From IMG/VR virus record IMGVR_UViG_3300032287_003559, positions 32,001 through 96,000 of that record: DNA of 64,000 nt; one strand, 5' to 3'. A program made the position numbers and the translations under genes. Below the pieces are notes generated by a model. The model saw nothing but the letters and a program-made list of their open reading frames with translations. It was not told where the DNA came from and searched no databases. This document shows, piece by piece, positions 41,144-49,391 of the stretch. Origin of the DNA: a virus. Positions within the stretch are counted from its first letter, which is position 1; each line of letters begins with the position of its first letter.

Positions 41144-41164
41144 ACTAAAAAAGTATTTCTAACC

Positions 41165-42085
41165 ATGGAAGGCAAGCACATAAAAGATTTGATGGAAGCA
41201 TATTTGCAAATGTATGCTCCTAAAGAAGAAATTGAAGAAGGCAAATCTTCCAGACCACGCTATCCTGGTGGTAGAGGTGTATTAGACCAGGAAAGAAGAG
41301 ATGAAAAGAGAGAAGCATCTGCCGAAAACATGCGCGGTCATACTGCAGGTGCTGGTACAGTAACAAAAAATCCAAAGAAACTCCGTAAGCAAAAGGCTAT
41401 GGGAGAACTTGGCGAAGCAGTAAAGGGTGCTGACCCAGAAATGAGAAAGGCAGCATCTGCAGAAAGAAGAGCGGGTGATAAACCTCTTTCTAAAAAAGTT
41501 GGTGATGCACACGCTGCTAATATGGCAAGAAAGATTAGATTTTCTGATAAAGTTACCAAAGCAAAGGGTCATATTCCTGGATATGCTTATGCTGAAGAAG
41601 TAGATATCTTTGATGTTGTCCTTGAGTTCCTCCAAGTAGAAGGTATTGCAGATACTCTAGAAGAAGCAGCATGGGTAATGGCAAATCTTATTGATGAAGA
41701 GATTGTTTCTGATATTCTTGATGAAGCATCATACTCTGCAAAAGCAGCAAGAGCAGGTAAGGATATTGGTAAACCTGGTAAAGCATTTGCAAAGATTGCT
41801 GCTTCTGCCGCTAAGCGTTATGGATCTAAAGAGCGTGGTGAAAAGGTAGCAGGTGCAGTTCTTGCAAAACTTCGTAAGGAAGAAATAGAACTACTTGACG
41901 AGGTATTAGATACTCCTGAAAAAGCAAATGAATATGCCAAGAAGAATGTAAAATCTATGCTTGGTGCTTTCGCTAAAGGTGTTGTGAATAAAGATATGAG
42001 TCAAATGAAAACTATTAAGAAAAGAACTGAAGGTGCAAAGATGGCAAAAAGAAAGGCAGAAAGAAAGGCAGCAGAAGAAAACTAA
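41165..42085 (+). CDS. Basic modular protein (putative internal head polyprotein)
   Basis: Late promoter; K/R/A-rich modules separated by IEE, LGE, LDE; shares a 19-aa module with 27152..28000. Confidence 0.75.
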   Translation: MEGKHIKDLMEAYLQMYAPKEEIEEGKSSRPRYPGGRGVLDQERRDEKREASAENMRGHTAGAGTVTKNPKKLRKQKAMGELGEAVKGADPEMRKAASAERRAGDKPLSKKVGDAHAANMARKIRFSDKVTKAKGHIPGYAYAEEVDIFDVVLEFLQVEGIADTLEEAAWVMANLIDEEIVSDILDEASYSAKAARAGKDIGKPGKAFAKIAASAAKRYGSKERGEKVAGAVLAKLRKEEIELLDEVLDTPEKANEYAKKNVKSMLGAFAKGVVNKDMSQMKTIKKRTEGAKMAKRKAERKAAEEN

Positions 42086-42112
42086 ATAACCACGGAAGGT
42101 TGCTCCAACCCC

Positions 42113-42141
42113 TTGACTTTTTAGTTGGGGGGTTTTATAAT
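42113..42141 (+). promoter_or_regulatory. Sigma70-like promoter for tRNA-Ala
   Basis: TTGACT-17nt-TATAAT, 10 nt before the tRNA. Confidence 0.7.
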
Positions 42142-42151
42142 ATCTGTACTC

Positions 42152-42224
42152 GGGGAATTAGCTCATTTGGTAGAGCACTGCCTTTGCACGGCAGGGGTGA
42201 CCGGTTCGAGTCCGGTATTCTCCA
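42152..42224 (+). tRNA. tRNA-Ala(TGC)
   Basis: GGGGAAT/ATTCTCC acceptor with G3:U70; CTGCC-TT-TGC-AC-GGCAG arm; GTTCGAG T-loop. Confidence 0.95.
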
Positions 42225-42254
42225 CTTCTAAATACTTAAAAAAGTATTGTATAA

Positions 42255-43262
42255 ATGGCGGTTTTATCGGGAAAAACTACAGCAGGTGAAAGTGCCTTTG
42301 ATAAGTATATAAAAAATAATCCAAAATGGAAAGATTTGGATTTATTAGTTGAAGAAAAAATGGAGGCAGTTTTTTATAAAGAAAATAAAAAAGATATCCA
42401 TAGTATGCTTTCATCTGGAACAAAACTTGAACTAGTTTCAAATCAACAAATTTCAATAGGAAATTTAAAATTAGCTCATGTAAAAGTTGGTACTAAAAGA
42501 GGTTATGTTCCTATCAATAAAATTAGAAAACCAACAAAAACAAATGTTTTGGCTGCAGAAGAGGCAGCCATGAGAGATTTGAATAATCTTATCCAAAAAC
42601 TTGTTACCCAAATTGGACCTATTAAAATATGCACGCCTGTTGGAACTTATGAAGGTATAACGGGAGTCCGGAATATTACCGAAAAAGTTCTTGGTAGAGA
42701 AGCAAAAGCAGACTTTGCTTTAGTCGCAAATGGTAAAGATAAAATATTCATTTCCCATAAAAAAAGTGGAGGTCCTGCAGCATATCAACAATATGGTGGA
42801 GTTTCTCCAAAGTCTGGATCACAATCTAAACCAACATTAATATATGATAATAAAGAGGTGCAAGATTTTTTGATGAAAGTTACCTCTTATATTGAGAATG
42901 ATAAGTTAGTTCATCCAGTGTATTCTTCTGTACTAAGTGATCAATTGATTAATCAATCTGTTTTTGGTCCTTCGTATGGAGGAAATTTTGGAATAGATAA
43001 TGTTCAATGTATCGGACAAGGGGATCCAATTCTTAAACCAAAAAGAAATGAAGAATCTTGTTTTACTTTAGATTTTTCAGATCATGTTTCTTGGAATGGG
43101 GATACTTCTTATTTTAAAACAGGTCAATATAAAGCTGTTTTTGCTGCTACTTTTAGAGCCGGAAGAGGATTTGATGTTGGTGGGATAAGATATAATGGAG
43201 CTAGAGTCGCTATTTATCCAATAGCCTTGGTTCAGAATAGAAGTGGCGCTAAAGAGATTTAA
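42255..43262 (+). CDS. Hypothetical protein, putative PD-(D/E)XK-type nuclease
   Basis: 335 aa; E...KADFAL...IFISHKK resembles a restriction-endonuclease-fold core. Confidence 0.55.
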   Translation: MAVLSGKTTAGESAFDKYIKNNPKWKDLDLLVEEKMEAVFYKENKKDIHSMLSSGTKLELVSNQQISIGNLKLAHVKVGTKRGYVPINKIRKPTKTNVLAAEEAAMRDLNNLIQKLVTQIGPIKICTPVGTYEGITGVRNITEKVLGREAKADFALVANGKDKIFISHKKSGGPAAYQQYGGVSPKSGSQSKPTLIYDNKEVQDFLMKVTSYIENDKLVHPVYSSVLSDQLINQSVFGPSYGGNFGIDNVQCIGQGDPILKPKRNEESCFTLDFSDHVSWNGDTSYFKTGQYKAVFAATFRAGRGFDVGGIRYNGARVAIYPIALVQNRSGAKEI

Positions 43263-43288
43263 TAAATATAAGTATATCAACACAAAAT

Positions 43289-44563
43289 ATGAAAAGTTTC
43301 CTTAATTTTCTAACTGAAGCAAAAGAATCGCAGGCAGCAATGCAAGCGAAAAAACTTGGATATACTGGAGACGGTCATGGCGGATGGTTAGATCGTTCCG
43401 GTAAACTTGTTGCAAGAACAGATAAAGGAAAACTTAAGTATATTGATGGACGCCAACCAAAAGGCGCAGAACAACCCGCAGGACAAGCACCTACAGGAGC
43501 AGCAGCATCCTCTCCCCAACCAACTGCAGCAGCACAAGCACCTGCACCACAACCTCAAGCAGCGCCAGGACAAGCACCAGAAGAGCAACCTGCAGAAGAA
43601 CTCCCACCACTTACTGTTGTCTTTGGTCGATTCAATCCACCAACAGTAGGACACGAAAAACTTCTCAAGTCCGCAAAGAGAATTTCTGCTGGTGGAGATA
43701 TTAAGATATATCCTTCAAGAACTCAAGATCCAAAGAAGAATCCTTTAGATCCAAATTCTAAAGTTTCATACATGAAAAAAATGTTCCCTGAGTTTGAGGA
43801 GAACATTATTAATGATGATGATATGAAAACAATTTTCGATGTTCTTGTAAATGCTAATGAAGATGGATATACAAATGTAAATATTGTAGTTGGTTCAGAT
43901 CGTCAAGCAGAATTCGAAAACCTAGCACAAAAGTATAATGGAGATCTTTATACCTTTGACCAGATCCGCGTAATCTCTGCTGGAGTAAGAGATGCTGATG
44001 CTGAAGGTGTTGAAGGAATGTCAGCATCTAAGATGAGACAGGCAGTGATGGATGATGACTTTAAATCATTCCGCAGAGGAACTCCAAAAACACTTGATGA
44101 TGGAGAAACTCAAGCACTTTTCAATGCTGTTCGTCAAGGAATGAATGTTAAGAAATCAAAAGTCAAGAAAGAATCATACTCTTTATGGGAGATTGCTCCA
44201 AAGTATGATATGAGAAATCTTCGTGAGAATTATGTAAGAGGAAAAATATTTAATATTGGTGATAAGGTCGAGAACTTAAATACTGGATTGGTTGGTGAAG
44301 TAATGCGTAGAGGAACTAATCATTTAATTTGTGTAACTGAAGAGGGTTATATGTTTAAGTCTTGGATTAAAGATGTGATGGAAGCATACCAAGAAAAAAA
44401 AGTCGATTCTATTCAAAGAGTTTCTGGAAAACCTAATACTTTGGTTGGAACTGAAGGATTCAGAAAACTTGCGATGAAGATGGCTTCCACAAAAAGGATT
44501 ACTAATTTTAATGTTGAGCAATTCATAAATAAGTATAAGGCAAAGAAAGTAAGTACTTATTAA
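43289..44563 (+). CDS. Cytidylyltransferase-like (HIGH-superfamily) nucleotidyltransferase
   Basis: FGRFNPPTVGHEKL, VVGSDR, MSASKMR; CTS-like start MKSFLNFLTEA; P/A/Q-rich linker. Confidence 0.85.
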   Translation: MKSFLNFLTEAKESQAAMQAKKLGYTGDGHGGWLDRSGKLVARTDKGKLKYIDGRQPKGAEQPAGQAPTGAAASSPQPTAAAQAPAPQPQAAPGQAPEEQPAEELPPLTVVFGRFNPPTVGHEKLLKSAKRISAGGDIKIYPSRTQDPKKNPLDPNSKVSYMKKMFPEFEENIINDDDMKTIFDVLVNANEDGYTNVNIVVGSDRQAEFENLAQKYNGDLYTFDQIRVISAGVRDADAEGVEGMSASKMRQAVMDDDFKSFRRGTPKTLDDGETQALFNAVRQGMNVKKSKVKKESYSLWEIAPKYDMRNLRENYVRGKIFNIGDKVENLNTGLVGEVMRRGTNHLICVTEEGYMFKSWIKDVMEAYQEKKVDSIQRVSGKPNTLVGTEGFRKLAMKMASTKRITNFNVEQFINKYKAKKVSTY

Positions 44564-44564
44564 G

Positions 44565-46070
44565 ATGTCAATCAATCCACTGAACGATATATCAAAAATT
44601 TATTTGGAAAGTGTTTCTAAGTCTTCTTATCTTGAAACTGATATGAAGAAGAGACAATCTGAAAACGAGAAAGCTATTGCTGATATGAAAAAAACAGCCG
44701 CATACAAAAGTATGGCGGCTGCTGCGGCAAAGAAATTTGATGAAGGATTGGATCCTGTAGGAAAGGAAGATTCTGATGTTGATAATGATGGTAAGAAAAA
44801 TACAAAATCAGACAAATATCTTTTAAATCGCAGAAAGCAAATCAATAAAGCAATTGAAACGCAAGAAGAAGCAAAAAGATGGTGGGATGATGATGGTGAT
44901 GGAAAGGGGTGGGAAAAGGGAGAAGTTTCTGGTAAGTTTAAGAAAAATAAAAAAGTGACTAAAGAAGGATTTTCAAATTGGAGACAAGATCTTTCTGAAG
45001 TAATGACTGATACTGAATTTGGTAAAAAAATAAAAGAGAAAAAAATTAAAAATAAAATTAAAATTAACCCTTCAATATCAGAAACAGTTGAAAATCTTGG
45101 TGGTACTCTGATAGAAATGGTTGAAATTGATGAAGTAGAATTTGTTGTTGAAAGTGTTTATGATGAACTTTTGGAGGAGGGATATGATGAGGATGATATT
45201 GAAGAAGCAATTGAGTATGCTTTAACCGAAGCGACAGTTACTTATGGACATGATACTGATAAACCTCATCAAAAGAAAAGTGGTGCAGGTCATCTAGTTA
45301 AAGCAGTCGGTAGACTTGCAAGACAAAAACTTGCAAGTAAAGTTAGTGGTGCTAAAAAAGCAGCTGCTGGTGCAGTTGCAAAAGGAGCAAGAAAGGTTGC
45401 TAAAGGTGCATTAGGTGTTGCTCGCAAAATGGAAGGTGGCGATAAAAAACCAAGCACAGCACATACTAAGACAAGAACTGCATCAACCTATCGTGGTGCT
45501 GGTGTGGGGCAAAAAGAAAAAGTAAGTAGTGGTTCTTATACTGGACCTGCTAAAAAGAAAGCAGAACCAGTTGCTGATCCTTGGGAAGGAAGTGCAGTAA
45601 CTCCAACAAAGGCAAAGGCAAAAACTAAAAAAGCAGCAGCACCAAAAGCAAAGGCACCTGCAGCAGCTGCTCCAAAGAGAAAGAGAAAGTCTAAGTTAGA
45701 TTCTCTGCTTGCTGATATTAGAAGTGAGCAAGTTCATATTGATGAAAAAACTTTGACTGCCGCAGAAACAAAGGAAAAGGAAAGAATTGTAAAGTCAATG
45801 AAGGATAAAGCGGCAGATTTTGAAAAAAGATATCCTGGTCGCGGAAAAGAAGTTATGTATGCTACTGCCACTAAAATGGCAAAGAAAATGGCAGAACAGG
45901 CAATGGAACTGCAACCAAAAACGCAACAAACCGGCAGTCCACAGCAGGATGCAAAAACAAGATCTGCTGCACAAAAAGCCAAGCAAACTGCAATAAGTAT
46001 TAAACAAAAAGAACTTCAAGCACTTAGATCAACCCCAGCAGGAACTCCTGTTTCTGGATTTGGTGGTTGA
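44565..46070 (+). CDS. Modular basic/acidic protein (putative internal head polyprotein)
   Basis: 501 aa; modules such as LDPVGKEDSDVDNDG, RWWDDDGDGKGWE, KEVMYATATKMAK and a K/A-rich segment, separated by acidic xxE sites. Confidence 0.7.
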   Translation: MSINPLNDISKIYLESVSKSSYLETDMKKRQSENEKAIADMKKTAAYKSMAAAAAKKFDEGLDPVGKEDSDVDNDGKKNTKSDKYLLNRRKQINKAIETQEEAKRWWDDDGDGKGWEKGEVSGKFKKNKKVTKEGFSNWRQDLSEVMTDTEFGKKIKEKKIKNKIKINPSISETVENLGGTLIEMVEIDEVEFVVESVYDELLEEGYDEDDIEEAIEYALTEATVTYGHDTDKPHQKKSGAGHLVKAVGRLARQKLASKVSGAKKAAAGAVAKGARKVAKGALGVARKMEGGDKKPSTAHTKTRTASTYRGAGVGQKEKVSSGSYTGPAKKKAEPVADPWEGSAVTPTKAKAKTKKAAAPKAKAPAAAAPKRKRKSKLDSLLADIRSEQVHIDEKTLTAAETKEKERIVKSMKDKAADFEKRYPGRGKEVMYATATKMAKKMAEQAMELQPKTQQTGSPQQDAKTRSAAQKAKQTAISIKQKELQALRSTPAGTPVSGFGG

Positions 46071-46112
46071 ATTAATAAATAGGTTAGGATAAATCTTAAC
46101 AAGGAGGTTATT

Positions 46113-46301
46113 ATGTTAACTAGCACGCTATTATTAACGATCGTTAAAGGAATTAGTGTAGCAAACGTTCAACTTATTCTTGGTATTCTTCTTGCTATTT
46201 CGGAAGTTCTTGGTGCTGATCCAAGAGTAAAATCAAATGGAATCGTTTCATTTATTCTACTTCAAGCACAAAATTTCTTAAAGGCAAAAAAAGGAGAGTG
46301 A
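46113..46301 (+). CDS. Small membrane protein (possible holin)
   Basis: 62 aa, hydrophobic with basic tail; AAGGAGG RBS, AATAAATA upstream, terminator downstream. Confidence 0.65.
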   Translation: MLTSTLLLTIVKGISVANVQLILGILLAISEVLGADPRVKSNGIVSFILLQAQNFLKAKKGE

Positions 46302-46325
46302 ATTAAGACAAAATAAAATAATTAT

Positions 46326-46356
46326 AAACAGAGGCTGGTATCAGTCTCTGTTTTTT
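46326..46356 (+). terminator. Intrinsic terminator
   Basis: AAACAGAGGCTG...CAGTCTCTGTTT hairpin plus T-tract. Confidence 0.8.
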
Positions 46357-46363
46357 ATAAATA
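46356..46363 (+). promoter_or_regulatory. T4-type late promoter TATAAATA
   Basis: Exact consensus. Confidence 0.7.
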
Positions 46364-46397
46364 TTTCTACGAATTAAAATTAGTAAAGGTAAAAAGA

Positions 46398-47174
46398 ATG
46401 GCACTCTGGGGCATCTCAACAACCACTGAAACAGCAGCAAATAATTATGCGCTTCCAAAGCACATGTCTGAAAATGATAGAAATAATACTCCTTGGAATT
46501 GCTTTGCAGACGTTCGTGGGTGGATTTATAGAAGATATCATTCTAGCGAACAATCTGGTCTTTCAACCGATTACTATGATGAAGTAATTGTTCCAGTTGT
46601 TGGACTGAACACTGGAAATGATTCTCCAGGAAATGGTGCAAATAATACTGGTATTGGAAGTGCAACTCCTGTCGCAGTATTCTTCGAAGATCCAAATAGA
46701 TCTTCAAGAATTTCCGTAGGTGGAGGAGCAACTTCTGGATTCTCTACAACTGGAACTGCATATGTTCATGTTGTATGGAATGAAAATGTTTATTGTAGTG
46801 CTGGAGCAACTGTTTTACTTGGACAGTTTAACGCTGCTGGTGTTTCAATAGGTACAACTGTTGCGACTGCTGCTTCAGTAGCACCAAACTGTGCAGTTTC
46901 TGCATATGCTAATGATGCTGGTTATCTTCTTTATAATAATTTTAATGGACAAATTTCAAACCGAGTAGCATTTGCATTTACTGCATCTGGTGCTGGAATT
47001 GGTACAGTGTTTAGAATTGTTCTTACTCCTGGAGTTGTAGGTACAATTACAGATTTCTCTGGTGGTGGAACGGCAAATAAATCCTTCCCCGCTGATATTT
47101 TGAGAAATGTTGGTGGCGCAGGGACAACTGGATCTGTAGGCATTGGAACAACTACTCTAACAATTACTGCTTGA
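46398..47174 (+). CDS. Hypothetical virion structural protein
   Basis: MALWG start, G/A/T/S-rich beta protein, late promoter. Confidence 0.7.
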   Translation: MALWGISTTTETAANNYALPKHMSENDRNNTPWNCFADVRGWIYRRYHSSEQSGLSTDYYDEVIVPVVGLNTGNDSPGNGANNTGIGSATPVAVFFEDPNRSSRISVGGGATSGFSTTGTAYVHVVWNENVYCSAGATVLLGQFNAAGVSIGTTVATAASVAPNCAVSAYANDAGYLLYNNFNGQISNRVAFAFTASGAGIGTVFRIVLTPGVVGTITDFSGGGTANKSFPADILRNVGGAGTTGSVGIGTTTLTITA

Positions 47175-47180
47175 TATTAA

Positions 47181-47573
47181 ATGATTTTTAATGAATTGAA
47201 TGAAGATAATTTTTTATTATTTGCTATTAAAAATTATGAAAATCCTCAGGCTGTAACCAGAGAAGATTTTGAAAAAGATCTTAATCATTTTAAATATATC
47301 AAAAGACTCTTAAAAAGATATAAGAATACTGGTGAGCTAAAAACTCACCTTCTTCTTAATCATTTTATTGTTCTTTATAATATCTTTGGTGAAGCAACAA
47401 CACCAATGCTATTTTTTAAAATTGAAAAAGATCTTTGGTCTTCAATGAAAAGTTTTATTATTTTTCTAGGTAGACTACCAGAATATCCAAAATCTACAAT
47501 TCATGATATTAAAGTTGATTTTAATTGTTTAGAAGAACTTTACAAAATCTACAATGGATCGCAAGAAAATTGA
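47181..47573 (+). CDS. Conserved T4-like hypothetical protein
   Basis: FAIKNYENP, FKYIKRLL, LLNHFIVLYNIFG. Confidence 0.8.
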   Translation: MIFNELNEDNFLLFAIKNYENPQAVTREDFEKDLNHFKYIKRLLKRYKNTGELKTHLLLNHFIVLYNIFGEATTPMLFFKIEKDLWSSMKSFIIFLGRLPEYPKSTIHDIKVDFNCLEELYKIYNGSQEN

Positions 47574-47757
47574 CTGGATTATTTCACTAATAAGAGAAGA
47601 AATGGTAACTTCTTCGCCAACAAATAATGTTGGTTCTGGAAAAATTGCAGGAACTCCTCAAGCAGATCCTGGAAATCCTCCAGTGTTTGGAAAGAGGAAG
47701 AAAAATATATATCTCGGAATTGGTTCTCGTAAAAAGTGGATGAAACCAAAAAACTAA
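47554..47757 (+). CDS. Hypothetical protein
   Basis: 67 aa; IREEM...PTNNVGSGKIAG...PPV, basic tail. Confidence 0.7.
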   Translation: MDRKKIDWIISLIREEMVTSSPTNNVGSGKIAGTPQADPGNPPVFGKRKKNIYLGIGSRKKWMKPKN

Positions 47758-47820
47758 ATAATTTTAATACTACTTGGGGTATTTGTTTCGTAGTAAAGAA
47801 ATAATATCTTTAATTAGAAA

Positions 47821-48252
47821 ATGTTCAATCAGAATACTACGGCAGATACCAAAATAGCTGTTTTAGAAGAAAGGCTTTCGTCATACGAACTTATGATGAA
47901 AAAAATAGACGAGGCCATTCAAATAATGGGTAAGACGAGTCAAAATATTAGCAAAATGCTTGCTGTTCATGAAGAAAGAATAGAACAGTGTGGTAAAGCT
48001 GATGATTTACTTACTAAAATGATCTATGAGATGAAAGAAGAAGGTGAAGAGCATTGTAGTAAAGTTTCTAATAGAATTGATAAGATAGAAGCTGATATAA
48101 AAGAAATTGTTAAATTTAGATGGATGGTTGCTGGTAGTGGAATTGTAGTCGCCATTATTATTACAACAGTTACAACCCTTGCTTCTGGATGGTGGGACCC
48201 AATGCAAAATGAAATGCATCACCAACCTAGTCAGCAACAAGTAACCAAATAA
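47821..48252 (+). CDS. Coiled-coil protein with C-terminal transmembrane helix
   Basis: MLAVHEERIE, KFRWMVAG plus a hydrophobic segment. Confidence 0.75.
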   Translation: MFNQNTTADTKIAVLEERLSSYELMMKKIDEAIQIMGKTSQNISKMLAVHEERIEQCGKADDLLTKMIYEMKEEGEEHCSKVSNRIDKIEADIKEIVKFRWMVAGSGIVVAIIITTVTTLASGWWDPMQNEMHHQPSQQQVTK

Positions 48253-48422
48253 ATAATAGAGTGTTGGCATAAGATGCCAATGAAAACTAAAAACAAAACG
48301 ACTCTCTATTCGCTTCAAAAGATTACAAATTCGGTTGTGAAATGGACTGGATTCATGACTGCTTTGTATCTTGACAAGACGCGATAATCTGGTATAGTAG
48401 ATGAACCTGGTATAACTTCATT

Positions 48423-49391
48423 ATGGATTTCGTTGATGTAAAGTACATCAATTTGCTTTCTTCGCGTTTTCAGAAATTTAAGAAAGTAAAACATAATCTC
48501 TACAATTTTCGCTGTCCAATTTGCGGAGACTCGCAGAAGAATAAAAATAAAGCAAGGGGATATCTTTATCAAGTAAAAAACAATACTAACTTTAAATGCC
48601 ATAATTGTGGACTTAATATATCTTTCAATAATTTTTTAAAGCAACTTGATCCAACAATCTATAAACAATATTCTTTTGAAAAATTTAAGGAAGGTAATAC
48701 TGGTAAAAACTTTACAGTACAGGAACCAGTATTTAAATTCGAAGCACCAAAGTTTAAACCTAAGTTAGAATTGCCTAAAGCATCATCAAATCCTAACGCA
48801 AAATTATATCTTGAAAATAGAAAATTAAATCCGGATAAATTCTATTACGCAGATAAATTTAAATCTTGGACCAATTCTATAAAAGAGGTCTTCGATGATA
48901 TTTCTAAAGATGAACCTAGGATTATTATTCCTTTGTTCTATCAAAATATTCTTATTGGATTTCAGGGCAGAGCACTAGGACCCAGTAAGATTAAATACAT
49001 TACTGTAATGCTTAACGATGACGCACCAAAAATCTACGGTCTTGATGAAATACAAAAAAGTGAAACTGTATACATCACAGAAGGTCCATTTGATTCAACC
49101 TTCATTCCAAACTCAATTGCTCTTTGCGGAGCTGATGGTGATGTTAGTAGGTGGGGTATTAACAATCCTGTGTGGATATATGATAACGAACCACGTAATA
49201 CAGAAATCCTATCAAGAATTTCCCGTATTATCGAAACTGGACAAAAAGTTGTTATCTGGCCTTCAACAATAAAGGAAAAGGACATTAATGAAATGGTATT
49301 GTCTGGACTGGATGTTCAGTCTGTGATAGAATTAAATACTTATTCTGGATTAGAAGCAAAACTTAAATTTACTACCTGGAAGAAAATATGA
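48423..49391 (+). CDS. gp61: DNA primase gp61
   Basis: Zn ribbon CPICGDS...CHNC, GFQGRAL, TOPRIM TEGPFDS, DNEPRN, KDIN. Confidence 0.96.
   Translation: MDFVDVKYINLLSSRFQKFKKVKHNLYNFRCPICGDSQKNKNKARGYLYQVKNNTNFKCHNCGLNISFNNFLKQLDPTIYKQYSFEKFKEGNTGKNFTVQEPVFKFEAPKFKPKLELPKASSNPNAKLYLENRKLNPDKFYYADKFKSWTNSIKEVFDDISKDEPRIIIPLFYQNILIGFQGRALGPSKIKYITVMLNDDAPKIYGLDEIQKSETVYITEGPFDSTFIPNSIALCGADGDVSRWGINNPVWIYDNEPRNTEILSRISRIIETGQKVVIWPSTIKEKDINEMVLSGLDVQSVIELNTYSGLEAKLKFTTWKKI

Noticed and set aside
48274-48387. 37-codon ORF MPMKTKNK... before primase
   Set aside because: Short, no RBS, overlaps the likely primase promoter; cannot be supported without homologues.
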